A model generated the notes under the pieces. That model made no database searches. It saw nothing but the letters and a program-made list of their open reading frames with translations, and was not told the origin of the DNA. From Pseudomonadota bacterium (GTDB taxonomy: Bacteria > Pseudomonadota > Alphaproteobacteria > Rhizobiales > Methyloligellaceae), in assembly GCA_046735075.1 (NCBI GenBank), contig JBKPSQ010000171.1, positions 1 through 43,222 on the forward strand: DNA of 43,222 bases, in the 5' to 3' direction. Within the stretch, counting starts at the first letter, position 1; every line of letters begins with the position of its first letter. This document shows positions 8,511-18,584 of this stretch, in pieces. Made by a program: the position numbers and the translations under genes.

Positions 8511-10376
8511 TTGAAAGACCAGCTGTTCAGGGACGTCAGCACCATTACGCGGAGCGCCGACGAACTCCAGGTCGAATACTCGACCGGCGACATCGTACTG
8601 CGCATTTGGCGGGAGCATCTGCGGCCGCGGCTTCCTCTGCTGTTGCTTGCCTCGCTCGCCATGATCCTAACCGCCGCGACCACCGGGGCAATTCCGTTCC
8701 TCATTCAGAAGACCGCCGACGACGTGTTCGTCGCCAAGAATCAGCAGATGGTCTACTGGATCAGCGGCGCGATCGTGGTGGTGACAGTGATCAAGGCAAT
8801 CGCCGAATATGTCGGCGACGTCACCGTCAACTATCTCGGCAACCGCTTCATCGCCGATCTCCGCATCCAAATGTTCGGCAAGCTTGCCCGCGCCGATCTC
8901 GGCTTCATCCAGACCGTGCATTCCGGACGGCTGCTGTCAGGCTTTCTCAATGACGCCACGCTGATCCGCGCCACGGCGAGCCGCTCGATGGTCACGCTCG
9001 GCGAGAACTATCTTAAGGTGATCATCCTCGTCGCCACCATGTTCTACATGGATGCGCGCTTCTCGGTGCTGATCCTCGTGTTCATGCCGATCGCCTGGTT
9101 CATGCTGTCGCGCCAGCGCCGCAAGATGCGGAAATCGACCTCCAAATCTTTGCAGGAGACCGGCGATCTCTCGGCGCTCATCACCCAGACCTTGCGCGGC
9201 ATGCGCATCGTGCGGGCCTATCGCCAAGAGGATCGCGAGGAGGCTCGCGCCGCGACTGCGGTCAACCGCGCGCTCGAATTCACCATGCGCGGCACGCGCG
9301 CCCGCGCTTTATCCAGCCCGTCGATCGAGCTTCTCACCGGCCTCGGCTTCGCTCTTGCCATCTATTTCGCCGGCACCAAGGGCGTGCGCGGTGATCTCAC
9401 GCTAGGTCATTTCATGGGCTTCATGACCGCGGCTCTGCTGATCTACACGCCCCTCAAGAGCGCGGCGACATTGCAGACGCAGCTTCAGGAAGGCGTGGCG
9501 GCAGCAAGCCGAGTATTCGGCATCATCGACCTTCAAGTCCAACTCACCGAAGCGCCTGACGCGAAGCCGCTCAAGCTCGAGCGCGGCGAGATCGAGTTCA
9601 CCAACGTCTCCTTCGCCTATGAGAAGGAGAATCCTGTTCTCCGAAGCGTCAGCCTCACCGTCCCACCGGGACGCACCGTGGCGCTCGTAGGGCCGTCCGG
9701 CTCGGGCAAGAGCACCCTGGTCAATCTCGCACTCCGATTCTTCGACCCTGACCGCGGCAAGGTCATGATCGACGGCCAAGACATCGCCAAGGTGAAGATC
9801 GATTCGCTTCGCGATTCGATCGCGCTCGTGACGCAAGACCCTGTGCTGTTCGACGACACTATTCGCGCCAACATCGCTTACGGCACCAAGCCGATGGATG
9901 AGGCCCAAGTGATCGCGGCAGCCAAGGCCGCAGCGGCACATGATTTCATCATGGCTCTGCCCAAGGGCTACGACACGCGCGTCGGCGAAGCCGGCGGCCT
10001 GCTGTCGGGCGGCGAGCGTCAACGCATCGCCATCGCCCGCGCTATCTACAAGGACGCGCCTATCCTTCTCCTTGATGAGCCGACCAGCTCGCTCGACTCT
10101 GAAGCCGAGGCAAAGGTGCAGGCCGCGCTCGAGGAATTGATGCGCGGGCGCACCGTGCTGATGATCGCCCATCGTCTCTCGACGGTTAAGAAGGCCGATC
10201 TCATCTGCGTGCTCGACCAGGGCCGCATCATCGAGGTCGGCCGTCATGACGAGCTTGTTGCCAAAGGCGGCCTCTATACCAGGCTGCACCGTACGCAGTT
10301 CGGCATTGCCGGAGGATATGCGGCGCCTCCGCCCGAAAGTCAGGGCCAAGAGGCCGTCGCGGTCGCCGGCAAATAG
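8511..10376 (+). CDS. msbA: MsbA-like ABC exporter (permease + ATPase), probable lipid A flippase
   Basis: N-terminal TM domain, GPSGSGKS, LSGGERQR and LLLDEPTS; directly upstream of waaA-lpxK. TTG start. Confidence 0.8.
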   Translation: MKDQLFRDVSTITRSADELQVEYSTGDIVLRIWREHLRPRLPLLLLASLAMILTAATTGAIPFLIQKTADDVFVAKNQQMVYWISGAIVVVTVIKAIAEYVGDVTVNYLGNRFIADLRIQMFGKLARADLGFIQTVHSGRLLSGFLNDATLIRATASRSMVTLGENYLKVIILVATMFYMDARFSVLILVFMPIAWFMLSRQRRKMRKSTSKSLQETGDLSALITQTLRGMRIVRAYRQEDREEARAATAVNRALEFTMRGTRARALSSPSIELLTGLGFALAIYFAGTKGVRGDLTLGHFMGFMTAALLIYTPLKSAATLQTQLQEGVAAASRVFGIIDLQVQLTEAPDAKPLKLERGEIEFTNVSFAYEKENPVLRSVSLTVPPGRTVALVGPSGSGKSTLVNLALRFFDPDRGKVMIDGQDIAKVKIDSLRDSIALVTQDPVLFDDTIRANIAYGTKPMDEAQVIAAAKAAAAHDFIMALPKGYDTRVGEAGGLLSGGERQRIAIARAIYKDAPILLLDEPTSSLDSEAEAKVQAALEELMRGRTVLMIAHRLSTVKKADLICVLDQGRIIEVGRHDELVAKGGLYTRLHRTQFGIAGGYAAPPPESQGQEAVAVAGK

Positions 10377-10392
10377 CCTTCGCTAGACCGCT

Positions 10393-12402
10393 ATGTTGAA
10401 ACGGCTGCTAGTATCGAAGCCCGCCGTCGCCATCGGCAGTGCGCTTGCCGCGGCCTATGTGCGCCTCGTCTACGCCACGAGCACGATCAAGCGCGAGCCC
10501 GCCGACACCGACGCCATGCTGTTCGACCAGCATCCGCAAATCCTCGCCATGTGGCATGGGCAGTTCGTGCTATTGCCCAAGCTCAAGCCCAAGCGCCCTG
10601 CGGACGTGCGCGCCATGGTCTCGCGTCACGGCGATGCCGAGATCATCGGCGCGGTCTTGCAAAAATTCGGCATGGACCTGATCAGGGGCGCTGGCGCGGG
10701 AAAAAGGAAGCGCAACCGTGGTGGCGCAACCGCCTTGCGCGAGTCTTTACGCGCGTTGGCAAGCGGCGCGACTGTCGCCATGACCGCCGACGTGCCGCCA
10801 GGTCCGGCGCGCCGAGCCGGTGAAGGCATCGCCACGCTCGCTGCGCTATCGGGGCGCCCCGTGGTGCCGTTCGCTATCGCTACGCGGCGCTTCCTGGCGC
10901 TGCCGACGTGGAGCCGCTTCACCATCAACTTGCCGTTCTCGACGATGGCGATCGTGATTGGCGATCCGGTCAGGGTGGCCACCAGCAACGACGTCCAATC
11001 GATCGAGGCCGGCAGGCTCGCGATCGAGCGCGCTCTCGCTGAAGTCACCGCCCGCGCCTATGCTCTGGCCGGCGGGGTCGATCCATTGAACATGCAGGAA
11101 GCCACCAAGCCCGGTCTGTCGCTCAAAGCCTATAGGCTGCTTACGTCGCTCGCCGCGCCGTTCGCGCCGCTAATCCTTGCCTGGCGCACGCGATACGGCA
11201 AAGAGGAGCCTGAGCGCCGCTCGGAACGTTATGGCCAGGCCAGCGCCCCGCGGCCCAAAGGCTTCCTTGCCTGGTTCCATGCCTCGAGCGTCGGCGAGGC
11301 CAATGCTGCGCTTCCAGTGATCGAGACCCTCGCCGCCGAACGGCCCGAGCTGCGCATGCTGCTCACCACCGCCACGGTGACCTCGGCGCGGCTCGCGCGC
11401 TCGCGGCTGCCGGAGACTGTGGTGCATCAATATGTGCCGCTCGACAACAAGGGCTATGTGCAGCGCTTCCTGCACCATTGGCGTCCCGACCTCGCCGTGC
11501 TGGTCGAGTCGGAGATTTGGCCTAACCTCGTGCTCGAGACCAAGGGCGAAGGCATCCCGCTCCTGCTCATCAACGGGCGCATGTCGACGAACTCGTTCAA
11601 GCGCTGGCGCCGACGCCCCGGCCTGAGCCGTCCGCTCTTCTCGGCCTTCGACCTCGTGCTCGCCCAGAACGATAGACTAGCCGAGCGCTTCGCTCAGCTT
11701 GGCGTGGCGCGCACGCTCGACGTCGGCAACCTCAAGGCCGACGCGCCACCACCGCCGGCCGATCTTCCCGGCAAGCGCCGGCTTGCCGCCGCGGTCTCCG
11801 GCCGCACCGTGTGGCTTGCCGCAAGCACTCATCCGGGCGAGGAGGAGTTGGTCGCCGAAGCGCACAAGAAGATGAGACAAGAGCAGCCAAACCTGCTCAC
11901 CATCATCGTGCCGCGCCATCCCGAGCGGGGAAAGCCGATCACCGAGGCGCTGCGAGCTGCCAATCTCAGCGTCGCGCTGAGATCGGAGGGGCAACTGCCG
12001 GAGCCCGCAACCGACATCTACGTGGCCGACACGATCGGCGAGCTTGGCCTGTTTTATGCGCTCTCCCCGATCGCCTTCGTGGGCGGGTCGCTGGTCAGCC
12101 GGGGCGGACAGAATCCAGTCGAACCGATCAAGCTCGGCGCTGCGGTGCTCACGGGCCCTAATTGGCAGAACTTCCGCGATTCCTACACCGAGCTGCTTAA
12201 GGCACGCGGATGCAAGGAGGTGGGCAACGCTGCGGCTCTCGCCGACGCGGCGCTTGGGCTGCTCAGAGATGAGGACGCTCGCAGAGAGATGGCGAGCCGC
12301 GCGGAGACGGCGATCGCTGCCATGAGCGGGGCCTTACCCCGCACGCTTGCCGAGCTCGAGGCCTACCTGCCACCCAGGACGAATTTAAAACATGCGTCTT
12401 GA
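10393..12402 (+). CDS. waaA: fusion of a DUF374 (LpxJ-like acyltransferase) domain and Kdo transferase WaaA
   Basis: N-terminal ~230 aa carry WHGQ, SRHGDAE and TADVPPGP (DUF374-like). The C-terminal part carries WFHASSVGE, VESEIWPN, AASTHPGEE, VPRHPERG and GGQNPVEP (WaaA). No stop between the two. Confidence 0.9.
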   Translation: MLKRLLVSKPAVAIGSALAAAYVRLVYATSTIKREPADTDAMLFDQHPQILAMWHGQFVLLPKLKPKRPADVRAMVSRHGDAEIIGAVLQKFGMDLIRGAGAGKRKRNRGGATALRESLRALASGATVAMTADVPPGPARRAGEGIATLAALSGRPVVPFAIATRRFLALPTWSRFTINLPFSTMAIVIGDPVRVATSNDVQSIEAGRLAIERALAEVTARAYALAGGVDPLNMQEATKPGLSLKAYRLLTSLAAPFAPLILAWRTRYGKEEPERRSERYGQASAPRPKGFLAWFHASSVGEANAALPVIETLAAERPELRMLLTTATVTSARLARSRLPETVVHQYVPLDNKGYVQRFLHHWRPDLAVLVESEIWPNLVLETKGEGIPLLLINGRMSTNSFKRWRRRPGLSRPLFSAFDLVLAQNDRLAERFAQLGVARTLDVGNLKADAPPPPADLPGKRRLAAAVSGRTVWLAASTHPGEEELVAEAHKKMRQEQPNLLTIIVPRHPERGKPITEALRAANLSVALRSEGQLPEPATDIYVADTIGELGLFYALSPIAFVGGSLVSRGGQNPVEPIKLGAAVLTGPNWQNFRDSYTELLKARGCKEVGNAAALADAALGLLRDEDARREMASRAETAIAAMSGALPRTLAELEAYLPPRTNLKHAS

Positions 12403-13408
12403 GACGCCGTCCTGGTGGTACCGCGACAAGGGCGTGGTTGCCTCCGCGCTCACACCTCTGGCCGCGCTCTACGGCAGGATCGCTGAGGCGCGCGCCGCGC
12501 GCATCACGCCTCACCGCTCGCGCCTGCCTGTGATCTGCATCGGCAATTTCACTGCCGGCGGCGGCGGCAAGACGCCGACGGCGATCGCTGTCGCGAAGCT
12601 GCTCAAGGAACTCGGCGCGAAGCCCTGCTTTCTCACCCGCGGCTATGGCGGCGTGAGCAAAGGGGCGGGGTTCGTAAGCAAAAGCATGAGCGCTGGGGAG
12701 GCGGGTGATGAACCTCTGCTCTTAGCCGAGCACGCGCCGACCATGGTTTCCGCGGACCGTGTCGCCGGGGCCAAGGCCATCGAGGCCACCGATGCAACCG
12801 TGATTGTCATGGACGACGGCTTCCAGAACCCAAGCCTCGGGAAAGACCTCTCGCTCATCGTGGTCGATGCGGCATCAGGTATTGGCAATGGCCAGATGAT
12901 CCCAGCCGGCCCTCTGAGAGCGCCGCTCGATCAGCAGATTGCGCGGGCCGACGCGCTGCTCGTCATTGGCTCAGGCGACAAGGCGACGCCCCTCGCCGAC
13001 GCCTTCAAGGCCCGCGCCAAGCCTGTGCTCAAGGCGCGCATGGCACCCACGCAAGATGCGCGCTGGCTCGGCGTGCTTCCGGTGATCGGCTTTGCCGGCA
13101 TCGCGCGGCCCGAGAAGTTCTTCGCCACGCTGAAGTCACACGGCGCGCGGGTTATCGACGAGCGGTCCTATCCCGACCACTACCGCTACAGCGCACGCCA
13201 GGCACGCAGCCTGCTTAGAGAGGCGCGCGACTACAATGCGATGCTGGTCACCACCGGGAAAGATTGGGTTCGGCTTCCCGACGAGGAGGGCACGCCGCAA
13301 GCCGAGCTCAAGTTCCGCTCGCGACCCTTCCCCATCGCCGTCCAATTCGATGATGCTGCTGCGGTGAAGAGTCTCTTGCAGCACGCAATGGCAAGGGCGC
13401 GGAGTTAG
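12392..13408 (+). CDS. lpxK: tetraacyldisaccharide 4'-kinase
   Basis: ICIGNFTAGGGGKTP, TRGYGG, GDEP, MDDGFQN and PAGPLR. Confidence 0.96.
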   Translation: MRLETPSWWYRDKGVVASALTPLAALYGRIAEARAARITPHRSRLPVICIGNFTAGGGGKTPTAIAVAKLLKELGAKPCFLTRGYGGVSKGAGFVSKSMSAGEAGDEPLLLAEHAPTMVSADRVAGAKAIEATDATVIVMDDGFQNPSLGKDLSLIVVDAASGIGNGQMIPAGPLRAPLDQQIARADALLVIGSGDKATPLADAFKARAKPVLKARMAPTQDARWLGVLPVIGFAGIARPEKFFATLKSHGARVIDERSYPDHYRYSARQARSLLREARDYNAMLVTTGKDWVRLPDEEGTPQAELKFRSRPFPIAVQFDDAAAVKSLLQHAMARARS

Positions 13409-13423
13409 TCTGGGTCAGGAAGC

Positions 13424-13666
13424 CTACTCGGCGGCCGGAGCAGGCAAGTGATGCGTCTCGCGATAGCGCCTAAGCGAGCTCGCCGCGTCGACATAGGCCT
13501 CTTGCAGCTCGACGCTCCAATAACGCAGCTCATCGAGCGGGATGGTGCGGCCGGTGACGGCGCAGCGCACGAAGTCGCCAGGGCTCAGCACCTGCACTTC
13601 ACCGTCGAGATATTTGAGCTTGGCCTCGCCTTTGAAGCCGATATTGCGTTCGAAGCGGTTCATCAA
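13424..13666 (-). CDS. DUF2093 family protein
   Basis: PGDFVRCAVTGRTIPLDELRYWSVELQEAY; convergent with lpxK as commonly seen in Hyphomicrobiales. Confidence 0.85.
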   Translation of the reverse strand: MMNRFERNIGFKGEAKLKYLDGEVQVLSPGDFVRCAVTGRTIPLDELRYWSVELQEAYVDAASSLRRYRETHHLPAPAAE

Positions 13667-13739
13667 AGCAGTGCTGCTCGCGTTTTATCGTTGTTGTTCA
13701 TCACCATAACCTCAAGGCGACAAAAAAGGCCAGCCTGCT

Positions 13740-15173
13740 TTACAGAAGTGTCCCCTGCTTTCCGTCAGTGGGCTTGCGCGGCTCCTTCGCTGCCGCCTCC
13801 GGCTTCCGTACCCGCGGATCGGCATGAGCACCGATATGGCCATCGGCGAACTCAATGTCGAGAGCGGCACCTGGTTTCACCTCGGAGGCGCGGCGCAGCA
13901 TCGCGCCGTCCGGTCCACGCACCAGCGTGAAGCCGCGCGCCAGCACGTTCTGATAGCCGAGCGTTTCGAGAAGCTTCGACTGCCCATCGAGCTTCCGCCG
14001 CGCGCGCTCGATCAAAGCAGCGGCTGCTCTCTCGCGCGAGCGATCCAGCCGAATCAGCCGCTCTCGGCCTGTGGTCGCCGCACGCGCCACGATATGAGGC
14101 CTGAGCCGCGCTGCACAGCGTTCGAGCGCGCTGCGATGGGCGCGTGCATTGGCAAGAAGCGCACGCGGCAATCGTCCGCTTGCGCTATCGAGCCTCTGGC
14201 GCGGCAGGTCGAGAATATTTGCTCGGCGTGGCAGGCCCCGCGTCGCGGCGAGGAAGCGGCTTCGCCGCGCCTCCAGCGCGCGCCGCAAATTACTCGCCGC
14301 CCGCACGCCGAAGCTCGTCACCGAGATGAGCAACTCGGCACGCACCGGCACGGCGCGCTCGGCCGCTGCGGTCGGCGTCGGCGCCCGCCAATCAGCCACG
14401 AGGTCGATGATGGTCCAGTCGGTCTCGTGACCCACGGCGGAGATCAGCGGGATCGTGCTTGCCGCCACCGCGCGCGCCACAATCTCTTCATTGAATCCCC
14501 AGAGATCTTCGAGGCTGCCGCCGCCACGCGCCACGATGATGAGGTCAGGCCGCGGCACCGCTGCGCCGACCATCAGCGCATTGAAGCCTGCAATCGCGCC
14601 CGCCACCTCAACGGCGCAAGTCTCACCCTGCACCCGCACCGGCCACACCAATACGTGGCAGGGGCAGCGATCCGCCAAGCGATGCAGGATGTCGCGGATG
14701 ACCGCGCCGGTCGGCGAGGTCACCACGCCGACGATGCGCGGCAGATAAGGCAGCGCCTTCTTGCGCGCCTCGTGGAACAGGCCCTCGGCAGCGAGCATCT
14801 TCTTGCGCTGCTCGAGCAAAGCCATCAGCGCGCCGACGCCGGCGGGCTCGAGCTCGTCGATCACGATCTGATATTTCGACTTGTCGGGATAGGTGGTGAC
14901 GCGGCCGCGGGCGATGACCTCCAAGCCCTGCTCGGGCTTGAACTTGAGCCGCACGAACGTGCTCTTCCAGATCACCGCCTCGATGCAGGCCTGCTCGTCC
15001 TTCAGCGTGAAATAGCAATGACCCGAGGAATGCCGGCCCCTGAAGCCCGAGATCTCGCCGCGCAGTTTAACCAGCCCGAAATTGTCCTCGACCGTGCGCC
15101 GGAGCGCGAAGGCAAGCTCGGAGACGGTATATTCGACGAGATTCGTCGCGGGTTGCGCTAATAGATCAGCCAT
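13740..15173 (-). CDS. xseA: exodeoxyribonuclease VII large subunit
   Basis: [40 protein letters not shown] and APTPTAAAE. Confidence 0.96.
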   Translation of the reverse strand: MADLLAQPATNLVEYTVSELAFALRRTVEDNFGLVKLRGEISGFRGRHSSGHCYFTLKDEQACIEAVIWKSTFVRLKFKPEQGLEVIARGRVTTYPDKSKYQIVIDELEPAGVGALMALLEQRKKMLAAEGLFHEARKKALPYLPRIVGVVTSPTGAVIRDILHRLADRCPCHVLVWPVRVQGETCAVEVAGAIAGFNALMVGAAVPRPDLIIVARGGGSLEDLWGFNEEIVARAVAASTIPLISAVGHETDWTIIDLVADWRAPTPTAAAERAVPVRAELLISVTSFGVRAASNLRRALEARRSRFLAATRGLPRRANILDLPRQRLDSASGRLPRALLANARAHRSALERCAARLRPHIVARAATTGRERLIRLDRSRERAAAALIERARRKLDGQSKLLETLGYQNVLARGFTLVRGPDGAMLRRASEVKPGAALDIEFADGHIGAHADPRVRKPEAAAKEPRKPTDGKQGTLL

Positions 15174-15238
15174 TGGAATCCATCACATATCTGCAATACA
15201 AGCTCGACCTCTGGGCCACAAGCGGAGCATCGCGCAAG

Positions 15239-16525
15239 GTGAATGTGCTTCTGATCGGGGGCGGCGGACGCGAGCATGCGCTGGCCTGGAAGCTCGCGCA
15301 GAGTCCGTTGCTCGATCGCCTCTATTGCGTGCCTGGCAATGCCGGTATTGCCGAGGTCGCCGAGTGTGTTGCGCTCGACGTGGCCGACCATGCGGCGGTG
15401 ATCGGCTTCTGCAAGAAGTGTGGCATCGGGCTCGCGGTGATCGGGCCTGAGGTCCCACTCGTTGCAGGGCTTACGGACGATCTCGAAGCCGCCAGCATCA
15501 AAGTCTTTGGCCCCTCCAAGGCTGCCGCCGAGCTCGAAGGATCCAAAGGCTTCACCAAGGACCTCTGCGCCGAATATGGCATTCCGACCGCTGCCTATCG
15601 CCGCTTCACCGATGCTGCTGCGGCCAAGGCCTACGCCAAGACGCAAGACCTCCCCGTAGTCATCAAGGCCGACGGTCTCGCCGCGGGCAAAGGCGTGACC
15701 ATCGCTACGACGCATAAAGAAGCGAATGAAGCAATCGACGCCTCTTTTGGCGGTGCGTTCGGTGCCGCCGGCGCGAGCGTGGTGATCGAAGAGTTCCTCG
15801 ACGGCGAGGAGGCGAGCTTCTTCGCGCTCGTCGACGGCGAGACTGCTGTGCCACTCGCCACCGCGCAGGATCACAAGCGCGCCTTCGATGGCGACGAGGG
15901 TCCCAACACCGGCGGCATGGGCGCCTACTCGCCGGCGCCGATCATGACGCCGAAGCTATGTGACCGCGTCATGGACGAGATCGTGCTGCCGACCGTGCGC
16001 GCCATGAAGGAGCGCGGCACGCCATTCAAAGGCGTGCTCTACGCCGGGTTGATGATCAACGACGGTGCGCCGAAGCTCATCGAATACAACGTGCGCTTCG
16101 GTGACCCCGAGGCGCAGGTGCTGATGATGCGGCTCAAATCGGACCTGCTCCCTGCGCTTCTCGCCACCACCGAAGGCCGCCTCAAGCACATAACCCTCGA
16201 CTGGCGCGATGATGCCGCACTTTGCGTGGTCATGGCGGCGCGCGGCTATCCCGGCGCCTACCAAAAGGGCTCAGAGATCAAAGGACTGGATCGTGCCGCC
16301 GCCGATCCTCACCTAGAGATTTTCCATGCCGGCACGAGGCGCGAAGACGGGCGCATCGTCGCCGATGGCGGCCGCGTGCTCGGCGTCACCGCCCGCGGGC
16401 GGGACATCAAAGAGGCGCAATCGCGCGCTTACGCTGCTGTTGATAAGATCGATTGGCCCGAGGGTTTCTGCCGCCGCGACATCGGCTGGCGCGCTTTGGC
16501 AGAAAGGCAAGTTACAACGAGTTAA
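15239..16525 (+). CDS. purD: phosphoribosylamine--glycine ligase
   Basis: (M)[42 protein letters not shown] and [12 protein letters not shown]. Start reassigned to GTG 15239 with a GGAG SD. Confidence 0.96.
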   Translation: MNVLLIGGGGREHALAWKLAQSPLLDRLYCVPGNAGIAEVAECVALDVADHAAVIGFCKKCGIGLAVIGPEVPLVAGLTDDLEAASIKVFGPSKAAAELEGSKGFTKDLCAEYGIPTAAYRRFTDAAAAKAYAKTQDLPVVIKADGLAAGKGVTIATTHKEANEAIDASFGGAFGAAGASVVIEEFLDGEEASFFALVDGETAVPLATAQDHKRAFDGDEGPNTGGMGAYSPAPIMTPKLCDRVMDEIVLPTVRAMKERGTPFKGVLYAGLMINDGAPKLIEYNVRFGDPEAQVLMMRLKSDLLPALLATTEGRLKHITLDWRDDAALCVVMAARGYPGAYQKGSEIKGLDRAAADPHLEIFHAGTRREDGRIVADGGRVLGVTARGRDIKEAQSRAYAAVDKIDWPEGFCRRDIGWRALAERQVTTS

Positions 16526-16654
16526 GGTGGAATTGCGTGATGGACAGCTTGTCGCACTGTCATTTTGTCCAAGAGGAGTAGCTTGTTGGAAGGCTTTGCA
16601 CTTTGTCGGCAGCCGGCTTATGGCTGCTGCCCGCTCGCTTCGAGGAGTTCATAG

Positions 16655-17989
16655 GTGATCCGCAAATCTGACTACAGGCTGTGGGCGCTTGCGGCGCTCG
16701 CGTTGGTGACGGCAGGTTCCATGATGGCCAGTTTCGCTTGGAGCGAGCCGGCGGTCGATTCGAATTCCGAGCTTTATTCTCAGCTCAACCTGTTCGGCGA
16801 GGTGTTGTCCCGCATTCGCTCCGACTATGTCGAGAAGCCCGACGATCAGAAGCTGGTCGAGGACGCGATCAGGGGCATGCTGATGGCGCTCGATCCGCAC
16901 TCGAGCTACCTCACCGGCAAGGAATTCCGCGACATGCAGGTGCAGACCAAGGGCGAGTTCGGCGGGCTCGGCATCGAGGTCACCATGGAGAACGGCATGA
17001 TCAAGGTCGTTTCTCCCATCGAGGACACGCCTGCCGCCAAGGCAGGGCTGTTGAGCGGCGATCTCATCACCGCCCTCGACAAGGAGCCGATCGAAGGCCT
17101 CACGCTCGAGGAGGCGGTCGAGAAGATGCGCGGCCCGGTCAACGCTCCGATCACCCTTACCATCACCCGCAAGGGCGTCGATGCTCCCTTCGACGTGAAG
17201 ATGGTGCGCGACGTGATCCGTATCAAACCGGTCAAGTTCGAGGCCGACGGCGACGTGGGTTACATCCACATCACGAGCTTCAACGAGCAGACCACGGCAG
17301 ATCTTGAGAAGGCCGTGACCGATCTCAAGAAGAGCATCGGGCCCAAGCTCAAGGGCTACGTCATCGACCTGCGCAACGACCCCGGCGGCCTGCTCGATCA
17401 GGCCATCTCGGTGTCCGACGCCTTCCTCGACCAGGGCGCCATCGTGCTGACCAAGGGGCGCAACGAGGAGGAGACGCAGCGCGCCAATGCGCGGCCCGGC
17501 GATATCACCGGCGGCAAGCGGATGGTGGTGCTGATCAATGGCGGCTCGGCCTCAGCCTCGGAGATCGTGGCCGGTGCGCTCCAAGATCACCACCGCGCGA
17601 TCCTGGTCGGCACGCGCTCGTTCGGCAAAGGCTCGGTGCAAACCATCATCCCGTTGTCGGGTGGCGGCGCTCTACGGCTCACCACGGCGCGCTACTACAC
17701 GCCTTCAGGCCGCTCGATCCAGGCCAAGGGCATTGAGCCCGAGGTCAAGGTTGAGGAGGAATTGCCGAAGGACCTCAACAAGGACATGGCGGCCGCGATC
17801 GGCGAGGCCAGTTTGCGTGGTCATCTCAAGAACCCGGACGATGAGGCCGCAGCCGACGAGGTTGACGGAAGCTCGTCCTACGTGGCCGAGGACAAGACCA
17901 AGGACACGCAGCTCAACTACGCGCTCGACCTTCTGCACGGCATCAAGTCGGTCGACACCAGCGCCGATAAGCGGGTGCAAGCCAACTAA
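16655..17989 (+). CDS. ctpA: carboxy-terminal processing protease (S41A, PDZ)
   Basis: LDPHSSY, GEFGGLGIEV, DLRNDPGGLL, SASASEIVAGALQD and SFGKGSVQ; AGGAG SD before a GTG start. Confidence 0.93.
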   Translation: MIRKSDYRLWALAALALVTAGSMMASFAWSEPAVDSNSELYSQLNLFGEVLSRIRSDYVEKPDDQKLVEDAIRGMLMALDPHSSYLTGKEFRDMQVQTKGEFGGLGIEVTMENGMIKVVSPIEDTPAAKAGLLSGDLITALDKEPIEGLTLEEAVEKMRGPVNAPITLTITRKGVDAPFDVKMVRDVIRIKPVKFEADGDVGYIHITSFNEQTTADLEKAVTDLKKSIGPKLKGYVIDLRNDPGGLLDQAISVSDAFLDQGAIVLTKGRNEEETQRANARPGDITGGKRMVVLINGGSASASEIVAGALQDHHRAILVGTRSFGKGSVQTIIPLSGGGALRLTTARYYTPSGRSIQAKGIEPEVKVEEELPKDLNKDMAAAIGEASLRGHLKNPDDEAAADEVDGSSSYVAEDKTKDTQLNYALDLLHGIKSVDTSADKRVQAN

Positions 17990-17997
17990 TTCTTGCT

Positions 17998-18128
17998 CGT
18001 CATGGCCGGGCTAGTCCCGGCCATCCACGATTGTCATGCCCGCGAAAGCCGGCATCCAGTAACCACTGTCGTTTCCCATTGTACACTACCGGGGTTACTG
18101 GATCGCCGGGTCAAGCCCGGCGATGACA
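17998..18128. repeat. REP/RIME-like palindromic element (one isolated REP plus an inverted REP pair)
   Basis: GTCATGGCCGGGCTAGTCCCGGCCATCCAC followed by TGTCATGCCCGCGAAAGCCGGCATCCAGTAAC ... GTTACTGGATCGCCGGGTCAAGCCCGGCGATGACA (18032-18128). Second copy at 24630-24725. Confidence 0.85.
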
Positions 18129-18169
18129 AGAGAGCTTATCCCCGTCCTCCGCACCTCCATTACACTGCA

Positions 18170-18512
18170 CGCACCTCGTCCACTTGAAGGGCGTTTCTCG
18201 AGGGCGTTCGTGAAGCGGGACGAGATGCGGCGCCTGCGGGCTCATGGACGCAACATGAGCACTCGGGCGGCATCGGAGCTCCCTCCGGGGCCAATAGGAG
18301 CCCCCGCCTGGAGCAGGCTGAAGGATCGGTCGACGCGTTCGAGCGTGACGGACCGGACTAAAGCAGGGCCCGGTGCCGTATGGACGCCGTGATTGGCGCG
18401 CCGAGAGGCGCCCGCGTGCCGCAAGGCACGAACCATAGGTTTGCGCTTTTCGGCGCGCCATCCCCCTCGATAAGTCCGAGGGCCCTCATGCCTCGCGCCT
18501 AACAGCGGCGAG
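18170..18512 (+). ncRNA. candidate large structured RNA / structured intergenic element, family unknown
   Basis: At least 9 stems, including long-range pairings, G-U pairs on the + strand and a GCAA tetraloop; no credible ORF (see finding). Confidence 0.5.
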
Positions 18513-18584
18513 ACGTTTTGTGCTGTGCCGGTCATTGCGCAGGCGCGAGCCTGCCGTTACCGTCGGCAAAGACCGGAGGTGCTG

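Noticed and set aside
15173-15238. ORF-track 5' extensions of purD (also ctaC, groES, groEL, rsmD, MaoC)
   Set aside because: SD positions and family N-termini indicate downstream starts.
17998-18128. CRISPR-like repeat-spacer pattern
   Set aside because: The repeats are inverted and diverged, there is no regular array, and there are no cas genes.
18318-18478. Ribozyme-like words in the structured element (CTGAAGGA like a hammerhead core; GGACTA and AGTCC like group I intron P7)
   Set aside because: The hammerhead GAAA is missing after the stem. I could not assemble the P3/P4/P6 core or exon context of a group I intron. GGACT/AGTCC could at most be a pseudoknot.
17993-18535. Short ORFs (64, 89, 97 and 116 aa) across the REP and structured element
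   Set aside because: No SD, no motif, and Arg/Ala/Pro composition typical of non-coding GC-rich frames.
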